From Thermoplasmata archaeon (GTDB lineage Archaea > Thermoplasmatota > Thermoplasmata > Halarchaeoplasmatales > Halarchaeoplasmataceae): 64,000 nucleotides of DNA. The position numbers and the translations under genes are program-made. The notes under the pieces are model-generated. The model was not told where the DNA came from, made no database searches, and worked only from the letters and a program-made list of their open reading frames with translations. Position 1 is the stretch's first letter. Every line of letters begins with the position of its first letter. Where the stretch lies: positions 7,021 through 71,020 of the forward strand of contig PUNK01000039.1 in assembly GCA_003552585.1 (NCBI GenBank). The letters run 5' to 3'. Below, one piece after another: positions 37,883 through 48,880 of the stretch.

Positions 37883-39553
37883 ATGTTCGGAGGAAACCAA
37901 CCAATATTACTGTTGAAGGAAGGAACAACCCGTGAAAGGGGAAGCGATGCACAGAAAAGAAATATCGCCGCAGCAAAAGCTATTGGCGATGCAGTGAGGA
38001 CTACTTTAGGTCCCAAAGGTATGGACAAGATGTTAGTCGACAGTCTAGGTGATGTTGTAATAACCAACGACGGAGCAACGATTCTCTCAGAAATCGATAT
38101 CGTTCACCCAGCTGCCAAGATGGTCGTAGAGGTGGCTGAGAGTCAGGACGATGAATGTGGAGATGGAACAACCTCGGTTGTTGTTCTTGCAGGAGAATTC
38201 TTGAAAAGGGCAGAAGAACTAATAGAGCAAAACATACATCCCAGTGTTATAGCGAAAGGATTCAGGATGGCTGTCGTAGAAGCACAAAAGATACTCTCAG
38301 AAAATAAGATACCTATCGATATCGATGACGAGGATAAGTTGATGGACATCGCCAAAACCGCTATGACCGGTAAATCCATAGAGGGAAACAGAGATGAACT
38401 CGCTAAGATGGTTGTAAAGGCTGTAAAACAAATCGCAGTAAAGAAAGACGGTATTTACGAAGCTGATATCGATAATATCAAGGTAGAAAAGAAAGCAGGT
38501 GCAAGCGTAGAATATTCTGAAATGATCAATGGTCTGATACTAGATAAAGATAGGCTACACAGCAGAATGCCAAAAAAGGTGGAGAATGCAAGGATAGCCT
38601 TATTGAATTCGGCTATTGAGATAAAAGAAACCGAAATCGATGCAGAGATAGAGATAACCAACCCTGAGCAACTCCAGCAGTTCCTAGATGAAGAAGAGGA
38701 GAGCATCAGGAAGATGGTCAATAAAATAAAAGATGTCGGTGCCAATGTAGTACTGTGTCAGAAGGGGATCGACGATCTGGCTCAGCACTATCTGGCAAAG
38801 GAAGGGATATTCGCCATCAGAAGGGTCAAGAAGTCTGACATGAAAAAACTCGCCAAGGCCACAGGAGCTAATATAGTAACTAATCTGAAAGACCTTGAAG
38901 AAGAAGACCTTGGAAAGGCTGGTCTTGTTGAAGAGAAACACGTTGCAGACACCCACATGACATTTGTAGAAGATGCGGTCGAAGGAAAAGCTGTATCGCT
39001 CCTGCTAAGAGGAGGAACATCACATGTGGTCGATGAGCTCGAAAGAGCGATACACGATGCCCTCAAAGTCGTCGCTGTTTCAATAGAAGATGGCGCAATT
39101 CTCCCTGGTGGAGGAGCGACTGAGATAGAGATCAGGAATGGTTTAGAAGACTATGCCGACAAAGTAAAGGGTAGAGAACAGCTGGCCATCAAAGCCTATG
39201 CATCAGCACTTTCAATAATACCCAGAACTCTTGCTGAAAATGCAGGTATGGACGGTATCGACGTACTAATGGAACTAAACGCAGCCCATGAGAAGGATGG
39301 AATGAAAACTTTCGGAGTTGAAATAATATCCGGTGATATAACTGACATGGTAGAATCCCATGTTATAGAACCGTTCAGGGTTAAAAACCAAGCACTTCAA
39401 GCAGCCACTGAAGTCGCTAATATGATCCTCAGGATCGACGACGTGGTCGCTTCAAAAGGCCATGGTGAAGGTGGCGACGAAGGAGCACCCCCTGGCCCAG
39501 GCGGTGGCATGGGCGGCATGGGCGGTATGGGCGGTATGGGCGGCATGATGTAA
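37883..39553 (+). CDS. ths: Thermosome subunit (group II chaperonin)
   Basis: '[11 protein letters not shown]', 'ITNDGATIL', 'GDGTTS', 'VLPGGGATE' and a C-terminal GGM-repeat tail. Confidence 0.97.
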   Translation: MFGGNQPILLLKEGTTRERGSDAQKRNIAAAKAIGDAVRTTLGPKGMDKMLVDSLGDVVITNDGATILSEIDIVHPAAKMVVEVAESQDDECGDGTTSVVVLAGEFLKRAEELIEQNIHPSVIAKGFRMAVVEAQKILSENKIPIDIDDEDKLMDIAKTAMTGKSIEGNRDELAKMVVKAVKQIAVKKDGIYEADIDNIKVEKKAGASVEYSEMINGLILDKDRLHSRMPKKVENARIALLNSAIEIKETEIDAEIEITNPEQLQQFLDEEEESIRKMVNKIKDVGANVVLCQKGIDDLAQHYLAKEGIFAIRRVKKSDMKKLAKATGANIVTNLKDLEEEDLGKAGLVEEKHVADTHMTFVEDAVEGKAVSLLLRGGTSHVVDELERAIHDALKVVAVSIEDGAILPGGGATEIEIRNGLEDYADKVKGREQLAIKAYASALSIIPRTLAENAGMDGIDVLMELNAAHEKDGMKTFGVEIISGDITDMVESHVIEPFRVKNQALQAATEVANMILRIDDVVASKGHGEGGDEGAPPGPGGGMGGMGGMGGMGGMM

Positions 39554-39612
39554 GCCTTCAATATACCAGCCTTAACCAGAGAAAAATTTAACCCCTTTCC
39601 CTTTTCTAATTT

Positions 39613-40188
39613 TTAATTTTTTAGAAGTGATTCGACTAAATCGATAATATCTTCTAAAACCTCATCTTTTTCATTTCCAGCATCGATTACCTTCCAATCG
39701 TGTTCTGATGCGAGTTCGAGGTAATTTTCCCTAACCCTCTTTAAATAATCAATATTTTCATATTTACTCTTGGTGTCCCTCACTTCTATCCTTTCAATGG
39801 CTGTTTTTGGTTCAAGATCAAATAAAAGTGTAAGGTCGGGTTTTAGCACAAAAGGTTCCTGGACCTGAACAGCATATCCCAGAGTGATTTCATCATATGC
39901 ACTTTGATAGGCCGCACTTGATCCCCAATATCGGTCACATATCACATGTCGTCCGTCTTCCAGTACTCTTTTTATCTTTTCTATGTGTTGAACCCTGTCA
40001 GCTAGATAAATAAAATAATCCAAGTATGGAGAAGATTTTAGATGGGCCATCTGTTTGACTAGTCGACCCACCTTCGTATGTGTAGGTTCCCTTGTAATGT
40101 AAATATCCGCGTATCTTTTTTTCAAATCTTTCATTGCGGTGGATTTCCCCGATCCGTCTATCCCCTCGAAAACTATGAAACTCGACAT
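39613..40188 (-). CDS. tmk: Thymidylate kinase
   Basis: P-loop 'FIVFEGIDGSGKST' and 'DRY' region, 191 aa. Confidence 0.85.
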   Translation of the reverse strand: MSSFIVFEGIDGSGKSTAMKDLKKRYADIYITREPTHTKVGRLVKQMAHLKSSPYLDYFIYLADRVQHIEKIKRVLEDGRHVICDRYWGSSAAYQSAYDEITLGYAVQVQEPFVLKPDLTLLFDLEPKTAIERIEVRDTKSKYENIDYLKRVRENYLELASEHDWKVIDAGNEKDEVLEDIIDLVESLLKN

Positions 40189-40283
40189 ATGTTGAGGAAT
40201 ACCACCGTAGGTAAAAAGGTTTATCTTTCACAGGCATTGCCATACATTACTTTTAAGTAGGGGAAGCTCATAGGCCGGATAAT

Positions 40284-40505
40284 ATGGAAGATAATAGACC
40301 CCTAACCGTCTTAAATCGCAACATAGGTAACCACGTCATAGTTGAGTTGAGGTATGGGAAAGAGTATCGGGGGGTCCTTCAAGGATACGATCCACACCTC
40401 AATCTGGTCATGAGTGATGTTAAAGAATTTGTAGAAGGTGAACAGACCAGAACACTACAATCAGCTCTGGTTAGAGGGGATAATGTAGTTTATATCTCCC
40501 CATGA
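40284..40505 (+). CDS. Archaeal Sm-like (LSm) protein
   Basis: Sm1/Sm2 pattern '[29 protein letters not shown] ... [13 protein letters not shown]'. An L37e gene follows, as in many archaea. Confidence 0.9.
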   Translation: MEDNRPLTVLNRNIGNHVIVELRYGKEYRGVLQGYDPHLNLVMSDVKEFVEGEQTRTLQSALVRGDNVVYISP

Positions 40506-40518
40506 CAGGAGGAATAAA

Positions 40519-40686
40519 ATGAGTAAAGGTACACCATCGCAGGGAAAAAAATCCAAAGGCAAGAGTCATATCAAATGTAGAAGGTGTGGTAAAAAGTCCT
40601 ACCACATCCGAAAGAAGATATGTGCAGCTTGTGGTTTCGGTAAAAGTTCCAAGATCAAAAAATACGCCTGGGCCAAAGCACATTAA
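40519..40686 (+). CDS. rpl37e: 50S ribosomal protein L37e
   Basis: Read by hand (55 aa, below the track cutoff): [55 protein letters not shown]. It has a CxxC...CxxC Zn ribbon, and the SD AGGAGG lies upstream. Confidence 0.9.
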   Translation: MSKGTPSQGKKSKGKSHIKCRRCGKKSYHIRKKICAACGFGKSSKIKKYAWAKAH

Positions 40687-40709
40687 ATCGATTTCTTATT
40701 TTTTACCAT

Positions 40710-41345
40710 TCAATCTTTAAATGGACATAGCTTATAGGCTGCTTTGCCTGGGTCCTTCGCCTGATATATGCTTCTTCCAACTATGATCGCATTAGCCCCA
40801 GCTTCGATGGCTCCCACAGCGGATCCACCCTGTGCGCCAACCCCTGGTGAAAGTACTTTCAAACCTCCGATCAATTCTTTCAAATGTGATATACGTTCAG
40901 GCCGAGTTGCAGGGGCTATTATACCTGCTACACCAAACTCTTTGGCTCTGCTTGCTAATTCTTCTCCAACTGCCCCTGTGTACTCCTTACCACCGGGATG
41001 GCTCATCTCAGTGACCATGTAGATATCCTTACCATCAGCTGCCTTAACACATGCCTCGACAGAGTCTTTACCTACAAATCCATGTACTATAACTCCCGAA
41101 GCACCTCTCTCAACGGCCTCTGCTACTATCAATCTATTAGTATTGGGTATATCCGCAACTTTAAAGTCACATATAATGGGAATGGTCTTTGATAGATCCT
41201 TGATAATATCTGGACCTGCACCCAGAACAAGTGGGTAATTTATTTTAACCGCATCGATCCATTCAGAGGCAGATTTTGCCACACTAAGAGCACGTTCACG
41301 TTCTCTAACATCCAATGCAAGTATCAAACCCTTTTCGAATTTCAT
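40710..41345 (-). CDS. pyrF: Orotidine 5'-phosphate decarboxylase
   Basis: 'LILALDV' and 'DFKVADIPNTN', 211 aa. Confidence 0.9.
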   Translation of the reverse strand: MKFEKGLILALDVRERERALSVAKSASEWIDAVKINYPLVLGAGPDIIKDLSKTIPIICDFKVADIPNTNRLIVAEAVERGASGVIVHGFVGKDSVEACVKAADGKDIYMVTEMSHPGGKEYTGAVGEELASRAKEFGVAGIIAPATRPERISHLKELIGGLKVLSPGVGAQGGSAVGAIEAGANAIIVGRSIYQAKDPGKAAYKLCPFKD

Positions 41346-41457
41346 GGGAGCACAATAATCCCGGTTTCATAAATGCTTTTTGATACTAAAGAAAAAAACT
41401 TTATAAAAATCGATAACCTTTATATCTTCTAATCGTTGACATGATTGAGGATAACAA

Positions 41458-42612
41458 ATGAGTCCCATATACTTGGATAACGCAGCAACAACAAAACCTG
41501 ATCCCCGTGTTATAGAGACCGTTATGAAATGCTTGAAAGACGATTATGGAAATCCTTCTAGCTTACATCATTTTGGAGAGAGAGCATATAATATCATAGA
41601 ACAGAGTAGGAGAAGGGTGGCCGAACTATTAAATGCCGAACAAGAAGATATAATTTTTACGTCTGGTGGAACTGAATCGGATAATTTGGCCATCCTTGGC
41701 GCGTTGAAAGGACAAGAAGAAGGGCATTTAATAACAACTTCTATCGAACATCCTGCAGTCAAAAAAACTTTCTATTATTTAGAAACAAAAGGATTTGATA
41801 TAACTTACCTTCCAGTCGGTCCTGATGGGATAGTCGATGAGGAGGACTTTAAGAAGTCTGTCAGAGAAGATACTATACTGGCCTCTGTGATGTATGCGAA
41901 CAACGAGGTAGGGACTATCCAGCCTGTAGAAAACTTAGCTGATATTGCGGAAAAAAATGATATAATATTTCATACAGATGCTGTTCAGGCAGTTGGCCAG
42001 TTAGAGATTAACTTGAAAAAATCGAATATCGATCTTCTTTCTTTGTCAGGGCATAAGATATATGGTCCTAAGGGTACTGGAGCGTTATATGTTAGTGAAG
42101 ATCGTGATATTTCTCAAGTTTTATATGGGGGGAGACACGAAAAAGGTAAAAGACCCGGGACTGAAAATGTTCCGGGAGTAGCGGGATTAGGAAAAGCCTG
42201 TGAGATCGCAAGAAAAGAAATGTCGTCCTATGTACAGGAAATGATAAGGTTGAGGGATTTATTCATAGAAGGTCTTATTGGAGAGATAGATTTGGTCAGA
42301 TTAAACGGTCATAGAAAAAAACGTCTTCCGAACAATGCTAATATTTCTTTTCCTGGAGTCCAGGGAGATATACTGGCTCGAAGACTAGATTCAGAAGGCA
42401 TTGCTGTTTCTACTGGTTCGGCCTGCAGTTCCAAAGGATTCGAACCTTCAGAAGTAATACTCTCCATGTACGACAATCGTCCGCGGGCACTAAGCTCGGT
42501 AAGATTTACGTTCGGTAAATGGAACACAGAAGAAGAGATCTATCATTCACTGGATATTTTGCCTCAGATTGTTAAAAATCTAAAAAGAATCTCACCTAAA
42601 GGGAGGTTCTGA
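41458..42612 (+). CDS. Cysteine desulfurase (NifS/IscS-like class V aminotransferase)
   Basis: PLP-Lys motif 'SLSGHKIYGPKG' and active-site Cys loop 'STGSACSS'. Confidence 0.9.
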   Translation: MSPIYLDNAATTKPDPRVIETVMKCLKDDYGNPSSLHHFGERAYNIIEQSRRRVAELLNAEQEDIIFTSGGTESDNLAILGALKGQEEGHLITTSIEHPAVKKTFYYLETKGFDITYLPVGPDGIVDEEDFKKSVREDTILASVMYANNEVGTIQPVENLADIAEKNDIIFHTDAVQAVGQLEINLKKSNIDLLSLSGHKIYGPKGTGALYVSEDRDISQVLYGGRHEKGKRPGTENVPGVAGLGKACEIARKEMSSYVQEMIRLRDLFIEGLIGEIDLVRLNGHRKKRLPNNANISFPGVQGDILARRLDSEGIAVSTGSACSSKGFEPSEVILSMYDNRPRALSSVRFTFGKWNTEEEIYHSLDILPQIVKNLKRISPKGRF

Positions 42613-42640
42613 TCTGTTCCAGATCAAACACCGTGATGGT

Positions 42641-44509
42641 ATGGCGAGGATAGGAAATTTTAAATCCTCTCACGGGACAGTTGAAACACCCAATATAATG
42701 CCAGTTATCAATCCCAACCTCGTTGCGATATCACCCAGAAGATTGTGGGAAGAATTTAGAACCAAAATCATCATCACCAATTCATACATAATAAAGAGGA
42801 CTGAGGGATTGAAAGATGAGGCATTGGAAAAGGGTCTTCATGATATATTGGATTTTCCTGGAACCATCATGACCGATTCCGGCACATTTCAATCTCACGT
42901 GTACGGAGAAGTTGATTTAGACCCGATTGAAATAATAACTTTCCAGGAAGCGATAGGATCTGATATATCAACCATTTTGGACCGTTTTACCGAGCCAGAT
43001 GATACACGGGAAGTTGCTGAACAAAAGGTTAAGGACACCATACAAAGGGCAAGACAGGCGACCTCTGAATGTGAAGGGAGTATAGCGTTACCAATACAAG
43101 GCTCTATATATCCAGATCTGCGTGAAAAGTGTGCAAAAGTCTTAGGAGACTTACCCGGAACCCTTTACCCGATAGGAGGGGTGGTACCTCTACTGGAGGA
43201 TTATCGTTATGATGAGCTGGTAAAGGTGGTAATGAGTTCAAAAAAAGGGTTAGGACCTAAAGGTCCTGTACACCTGTTTGGAGCTGGACATCCAATGATC
43301 TATCCGCTTGCAGTACTGATGGGCTGTGATCTATTCGATTCAAGTTCTTATATCAAATATGCAAGAAGAGGAGATCTAATGTATCCCGATGGAACTAGGA
43401 ATATATCTGATCTAGAATATCTTGCTTGTAATTGTCCAGTATGTAGAAATACGGATATTGATGGTTTAAAAGATGAAAGTGATGAAAAAAGGACGATGAT
43501 GTTGGCAGAACATAACCTGTGGATAAGTTATATGGAGATAGGTAGAGTAAAACAAGCGATAAGAGAACACTCCTTATGGGAGCTGGTCGAACAACGAGCC
43601 CGAGGGCATCCATCTCTATTAGACGCTTTAAACACGATCCATGGTTATTGGAAATTTATGGAAAAATTTGAACCTAGAGGGAGAAGACGAGCTTTATTTT
43701 ACACTGGTGAATTTACTTTCAATAGACCGTTAGTGAAGAGGATTCTACACTGGATAGAAGAAGATTACTCACCTCCAGTCAAAGATGCACCATCTATTGT
43801 ATTCAATGGAAAATATCTTGGTAAACCTTACAGCAGATATCTCACAAAGGAATTAGAATATCTACTTCCCGATTATATGGTTAATCTATTGGTGAATACA
43901 CCTTTTGGCTTAATACCATTGGAATTGGACGGGGTATATCCTATAGCACAATCTCTGTTTCCAGGATATGTGTCTTATGGAGAGATCAAGGATCTCGTTG
44001 TATGGAATGGTAAGGAAACTTTGGAATCTTTAGAAAAGGGAAAAGGTATGAGTCTTGATGAGATGCGTGTCAGAAGCATATCGGACTTTCAATTCTGCAA
44101 AGGTGCCGGGAGTATTTTATCTGATGGTAAGCTGGAGTTCGTTTACAATCGAAAAGGGGGCATTAACAACATTTTGCTTGATGAAAGACACATATTATCT
44201 GTGAGAGCCTATGACGGTTTATTTTCTCTGAAAATACCAGGTGCAACACTTTTAAAAGACAAACTACCTCCACCTATACTCAGGATCAAAGTGAATGATG
44301 ATAGTGCAGAGTACAACTCACAAGGTAAGAACGTTTTTGCTAAATTTGTTTTAGAGGCATGGGAAGGAATAAGACCTAGTGATGAGGTATTAATAGTCGA
44401 TCGGAATGATGATCTAGTAGCTGTGGCAAGAGCTATGCTAAACAAGGAAGAAATGAATGTTTTTGATAAGGGTATGGCTGCCCGGGTGCGCCAAGGTATA
44501 GAAAGATAA
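42641..44509 (+). CDS. tgtA: Archaeal tRNA-guanine(15) transglycosylase (archaeosine TGT) with a C-terminal PUA domain
   Basis: 'IITNSYII', 'MTDSGTFQ', 'PIGGVVPLLE', 'HLFGAGHP', Zn site 'CNCPVC' and 'LAEHNLW'. The true start is probably upstream of the first ATG (see findings). Confidence 0.9.
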   Translation: MARIGNFKSSHGTVETPNIMPVINPNLVAISPRRLWEEFRTKIIITNSYIIKRTEGLKDEALEKGLHDILDFPGTIMTDSGTFQSHVYGEVDLDPIEIITFQEAIGSDISTILDRFTEPDDTREVAEQKVKDTIQRARQATSECEGSIALPIQGSIYPDLREKCAKVLGDLPGTLYPIGGVVPLLEDYRYDELVKVVMSSKKGLGPKGPVHLFGAGHPMIYPLAVLMGCDLFDSSSYIKYARRGDLMYPDGTRNISDLEYLACNCPVCRNTDIDGLKDESDEKRTMMLAEHNLWISYMEIGRVKQAIREHSLWELVEQRARGHPSLLDALNTIHGYWKFMEKFEPRGRRRALFYTGEFTFNRPLVKRILHWIEEDYSPPVKDAPSIVFNGKYLGKPYSRYLTKELEYLLPDYMVNLLVNTPFGLIPLELDGVYPIAQSLFPGYVSYGEIKDLVVWNGKETLESLEKGKGMSLDEMRVRSISDFQFCKGAGSILSDGKLEFVYNRKGGINNILLDERHILSVRAYDGLFSLKIPGATLLKDKLPPPILRIKVNDDSAEYNSQGKNVFAKFVLEAWEGIRPSDEVLIVDRNDDLVAVARAMLNKEEMNVFDKGMAARVRQGIER

Positions 44510-44512
44510 GTT

Positions 44513-45019
44513 TTACTCGTCTAAAATCTCTATAATTGAAGGATCCAATTTTTTAGGTCCCTCATCCTCTTTTTTTACTATATCACTATTGCTTCTTTTT
44601 ACAGGGCTCCAGAATCTAGCATCACACTTTTTACACTCATTTGAATATTCATCTACGGGATTTCCGCATTCAGGGCACTCAAAATCACGTTCTTCAACAA
44701 TAAATTTCTCTCCGCATTCTGAACATTCTTCTTCGTCTCTTGAAACGACGATACCACAAACAGGACAGAGGAAAGTATCCATCTCGAACTCTGCACCACA
44801 TCCATAGCATCGCGGTGTTTCTCCGTCTACGTGTTCACCGCAACGAGGGCATTCAAAATCATCTTGTCTGACACTTTCACGCACTTTTAATTCCTTCTTG
44901 GGTGATTTTTTATCCGTTTCATAATAATACAATAGATAAATTAACGTGATAGATAAACCAACGACGATAACAATCAAGGGTAACGTATTTCCTTCCAATA
45001 TAGTAGAATATAAGTTCAT
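44513..45019 (-). CDS. Membrane-anchored protein with three tandem zinc-ribbon units
   Basis: N-terminal TM helix. Then 'FECPRCG...CYGCGAEF', 'FLCPVCG...CSECGEKF' and 'FECPECG...CKKCDARF'. Confidence 0.6.
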   Translation of the reverse strand: MNLYSTILEGNTLPLIVIVVGLSITLIYLLYYYETDKKSPKKELKVRESVRQDDFECPRCGEHVDGETPRCYGCGAEFEMDTFLCPVCGIVVSRDEEECSECGEKFIVEERDFECPECGNPVDEYSNECKKCDARFWSPVKRSNSDIVKKEDEGPKKLDPSIIEILDE

Positions 45020-45157
45020 TGACGAAAAGATTATTTTCTTCTATATTTAAGAATTATGTATGAGTACTCTAATTTTAGAGAAGGCTTAAATGCATATTTG
45101 ATTTTAAATTCTTAAATTTACGATAAATTTATAAAGTATACTCTCCAAATTCTCGAT

Positions 45158-46957
45158 CTATAAATCAAAGGTTTGTTTTTTCCTGAATAATATGAATACT
45201 GTAAAAAGAGCGATCAGGATTGCGAACAGCATAAACCATTGACTGCCTCTTAGAGGCTCTTCTACACTGAAAGTTACACTATCTTCAGCAGAGTTGCCTA
45301 TTTTATCGAAAACTCTCACAGTGATGACATACTCTCCTCGTTCCAAATCCTCGAAAGTATGATTGGTGACTATACCTACATTTTTCCACTCCCGATCAAC
45401 AATACGGATCTCATAATGTGAAATTTCTGAAAAATCGTCAATGCCTACCCATTCGACTGTAACAGAAGGTCCGGTAAATTTCTCGCCATCCGTTGGTGAT
45501 CGAATACTTATCGAAGGAAGGGGAATATCCTGCCACCATAGCATAGGGGTCGTCAAATCTTCAATCATCCACCAAATCTCGTCAAAATCCCAGTCTGCGG
45601 TTTCGAAAGTTGCCCCGGTCTTCATCTCAGAGGTAGTCTTACCTTTTCCACCTGCACTTTCTGATTGACCTGAGGAATCTAGATCCCAAAAAGAGGCTCT
45701 CACCAATCCCTCTTCATTGTAACCAACTAAACCACCAACACCAATTTCTCCTTTCACTTTTCCAACAGCATAAGAGTTAGAAAGTATGCCTTCACCATTG
45801 TTCATACCCACTAGTCCACCAACCTGGTTTTTGCCAGTTACACTCCCTATCGCATAAGAATTAGATATCCCAAAATTTAGACCGCCTCCTATTAATCCAC
45901 CAACCTGGTTATTTCCCTTTACACTTCCACTAGCATATGAATTAAGAACCGTGCCATCGTTCCATCCGATTAACCCACCTATTAATAACTCTCCGATCAC
46001 ACTACCAGTTGCAAATGAATTTAACACATTTCCAGCGCAGTTGTATCCCATAAGTCCACCTACATATATGCCTTGCCCGATCACATCACCAGTTGCATAT
46101 GAGTTAGAAACTTCATCTCCACTGTTAAATCCCGTAAGACCACCGACCCGGTTGTTACCGCTCACATTACCTGTAGAATAGGATGAATTTATACTCCCTG
46201 TGTTCAATCCTATGAAACCGCCTATATTGTTATTACCACTGACATCACCTAGAGCAAATGATTTTGATACTGCTCCTTTCCAATTATACCCAACGAGTCC
46301 CCCAATATACTGATAACCGTTTACTTCACTGTCTGCAAAAGAGTTAGAGACATTATCACCAGTGTTGTATCCCATCAGTCCACCTGCATATCTTTCTCCA
46401 CTCACACTACCAGTTGCATAAGAGTTAAAAATTGTGCCATGGTTGTTCCCAACAAGGAGACCTACCCTACTATCCCCAGACACTTCTGAATCCTTGACTC
46501 CAAGATTGTGAATTTCTCCATCACTTCCTATGTATCCGAACATGCCTATATCATTCGTGCTTGGTCGGTTGATGAATAGATCAGAGATGACAAAGCCTCT
46601 GCCATCAAAACTACCTATGAAGCGTTTAACCCGGTTTCCTAAAGGGTAAAATCCAGCACCATCATCCCACTCTCTTGTCTCGCTGGCATCTAAATCTTTC
46701 GATAGTGCATAATGTGCGCTTAGGTCCTCATTGATAGCTTGAAGTTGGTAAATATTTTCTATCATATATGGAGCTTCTTTTGTGCCCAGGCCCTCCTTAA
46801 AAGTAAAACCTTCGCCTTCTGAGATTCGAAAAGGTAGAACAGAACTGTGATCAAGAAGCGGTATAAAAATAGTGCTCGTCAATAAGATCACTACAGAAAC
46901 AGATATAATCATTGATCTATATTTGTTTACACTATTCCTTCTTACTAAAGGACCCAT
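45158..46957 (-). CDS. Surface protein with about ten GLUG-type repeats, a C-terminal Ig/FN3-like domain and a TM anchor
   Basis: Repeats of 'NSYATG.V.G....GGL.GYN' ('IGGLVGYN', 'VGGLTGFN', 'IGGLIGWN'). N-terminal and C-terminal hydrophobic helices. Confidence 0.7.
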   Translation of the reverse strand: MGPLVRRNSVNKYRSMIISVSVVILLTSTIFIPLLDHSSVLPFRISEGEGFTFKEGLGTKEAPYMIENIYQLQAINEDLSAHYALSKDLDASETREWDDGAGFYPLGNRVKRFIGSFDGRGFVISDLFINRPSTNDIGMFGYIGSDGEIHNLGVKDSEVSGDSRVGLLVGNNHGTIFNSYATGSVSGERYAGGLMGYNTGDNVSNSFADSEVNGYQYIGGLVGYNWKGAVSKSFALGDVSGNNNIGGFIGLNTGSINSSYSTGNVSGNNRVGGLTGFNSGDEVSNSYATGDVIGQGIYVGGLMGYNCAGNVLNSFATGSVIGELLIGGLIGWNDGTVLNSYASGSVKGNNQVGGLIGGGLNFGISNSYAIGSVTGKNQVGGLVGMNNGEGILSNSYAVGKVKGEIGVGGLVGYNEEGLVRASFWDLDSSGQSESAGGKGKTTSEMKTGATFETADWDFDEIWWMIEDLTTPMLWWQDIPLPSISIRSPTDGEKFTGPSVTVEWVGIDDFSEISHYEIRIVDREWKNVGIVTNHTFEDLERGEYVITVRVFDKIGNSAEDSVTFSVEEPLRGSQWFMLFAILIALFTVFILFRKKQTFDL

Positions 46958-47119
46958 CTCGTTCTTTTGTTTATTTTCTTTTGAATCCGTAAGATCATCC
47001 TCAACTATCTATCTGTATAATATAGTATATAAAACTAGGGTTAAAAAACGAAATAAAACAGAAGGGGAACTGAATTTACATCAATTTAAAATAGTCCTAC
47101 CCTTCATACCTCCTTCACA

Positions 47120-48880
47120 ATGCGTATAGCTGTAATATTAGATGACAAGTGCAGCCCAAAGCGCTGTAGTTACGAGTGCATCCACTACTGTCCGAGAGTG
47201 CGAACAGGAGACGAGACAGTGGTGAAAACGGAGGATGGTGTCCGTATATCCGAAGAACTGTGTTCAGGCTGTGGTATATGTACCGTTAAATGTCCTTTCG
47301 ATGCTATAAGAATAATCAACCTTGCAGAGGAGCTTGATGAGGATCTTATCCATCAGTTCTCGGAGAACGGTTTCAGACTTTACAGACTTCCTACTCCTCA
47401 AGAAGGGATGGTTGTAGGACTGCTGGGAGCTAATGGTATAGGTAAGACAACTGCAATTCGCATACTATCAGGTGAGATAATTCCAAACATGGGAGACTAT
47501 GAAGGAAACCCCTCATGGGGTGCGATAATAGATCATTATTCGGGTACAGGGATGGCAGATTATTTCGAAAAACTTGCTGATGGAGATATAAAAACATCTG
47601 TCAAACCACAGTATGTAGATAAGATACCTGCACATTATACCGGTGAAGTCGAGACCCTTTTGAAAAAAGTAGGGAAAGATTACATGAAATGGGTGGATGC
47701 CCTAGATATCGAAAACACACTGGATTCAAAAGTGGGAAATCTTTCAGGAGGAGAACTACAACGGGTTGCTATAGCTGCAGCATCCACAAAAGAAGCTGAT
47801 ATCTATTTTTACGACGAACCATCGTCTTATCTTGATATAAAGCAACGACTCAATGTCGCAAGAGCGATCAAAGAAAAAAGCAAGGAACATCGGGTAGTGG
47901 TGATCGAACACGACATAGCTGTTCTTGATTTTTTAGCAGATAATGTACACATACTTTATGGAACAAAAGGAGCATATGGTGTTGTTGCACATCCTAGAGG
48001 TGTTCGTCGGGCTATAAATACCTTCTTAAAAGGATTTCTCGAAGAAGAAAATATTAGATTCAGAGACAAAGTGATAAAATTTCATTCTCATGCACCCTCT
48101 ACAACTCTCCATCCTGATCCCGTGGTCATGTATGATAGACTGGTTAAAAAATGGAATTCTTTTAAGCTAGAAACCGAACCTGGAGAGATCCCAAAAGGAG
48201 AAGTAATAGGTATTGTAGGACCAAATGCCACCGGTAAAACTACGTTCGTAAAAATGTTGGCAGATGTGATCGAACCTACCGAAGGGAAGATAGAGTCGGA
48301 TATAACGGTTAGTTACAAACCTCAATACATCAAGCCCGATTATCCCGGTAGGGTATTGGATCTATATCATACGCAGATACCAGACTCCCTATCGAACAGT
48401 CTATTCAAGGCTGAAGTTTTAGATCCTCTAGGGATTGAAACACTTCTAGAGAGGGAGATCCCTAAACTAAGCGGGGGAGAGCTTCAGCGGGTAGTTATTG
48501 CACTTGCCCTAGGAAGAGATGCAGATCTATACCTACTTGATGAACCCAGCGCATATCTGGATTCGAGTAGAAGGATGGATGCTGCTAGGGCTATCCGCAG
48601 GTATATGGAAAAAACAGAGAGAGCAGGTATGATAGTTGACCATGACGTGTATTTTATCGATTATGTGTCTGATCTAATCATGGACTTCACAGGTACACCT
48701 GGTATTCATGGAAAGGGAGAAGGGCCTTTCTCGATGCAGGAAGGCATGAATCGATTTTTAGAAGATGTAGGTATAACATTCAGAAGAGACCCTGAAACAA
48801 ACAGACCAAGAGTAAACAAACCGGGTTCCCATCTAGATAGAAAACAAAAATCAAATAGAGACTATTACTATACCAGTTAA
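47120..48880 (+). CDS. abcE1: ABCE1 (RNase L inhibitor homolog) ribosome-recycling ATPase
   Basis: N-terminal Fe-S motifs 'CSPKRCSYECIHYCP' and 'CSGCGICTVKCP'. Walker A 'GANGIGKTT' and 'GPNATGKTT'. Two 'LSGGELQR' signatures. Confidence 0.95.
   Translation: MRIAVILDDKCSPKRCSYECIHYCPRVRTGDETVVKTEDGVRISEELCSGCGICTVKCPFDAIRIINLAEELDEDLIHQFSENGFRLYRLPTPQEGMVVGLLGANGIGKTTAIRILSGEIIPNMGDYEGNPSWGAIIDHYSGTGMADYFEKLADGDIKTSVKPQYVDKIPAHYTGEVETLLKKVGKDYMKWVDALDIENTLDSKVGNLSGGELQRVAIAAASTKEADIYFYDEPSSYLDIKQRLNVARAIKEKSKEHRVVVIEHDIAVLDFLADNVHILYGTKGAYGVVAHPRGVRRAINTFLKGFLEEENIRFRDKVIKFHSHAPSTTLHPDPVVMYDRLVKKWNSFKLETEPGEIPKGEVIGIVGPNATGKTTFVKMLADVIEPTEGKIESDITVSYKPQYIKPDYPGRVLDLYHTQIPDSLSNSLFKAEVLDPLGIETLLEREIPKLSGGELQRVVIALALGRDADLYLLDEPSAYLDSSRRMDAARAIRRYMEKTERAGMIVDHDVYFIDYVSDLIMDFTGTPGIHGKGEGPFSMQEGMNRFLEDVGITFRRDPETNRPRVNKPGSHLDRKQKSNRDYYYTS

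Noticed and set aside
39501-39550. Tandem 9-bp repeats (GGCGGYATG x5), which might look like a microsatellite or mini-array.
   Set aside because: They encode the canonical GGM-repeat C-terminal tail of group II chaperonins and lie in frame within the thermosome gene.
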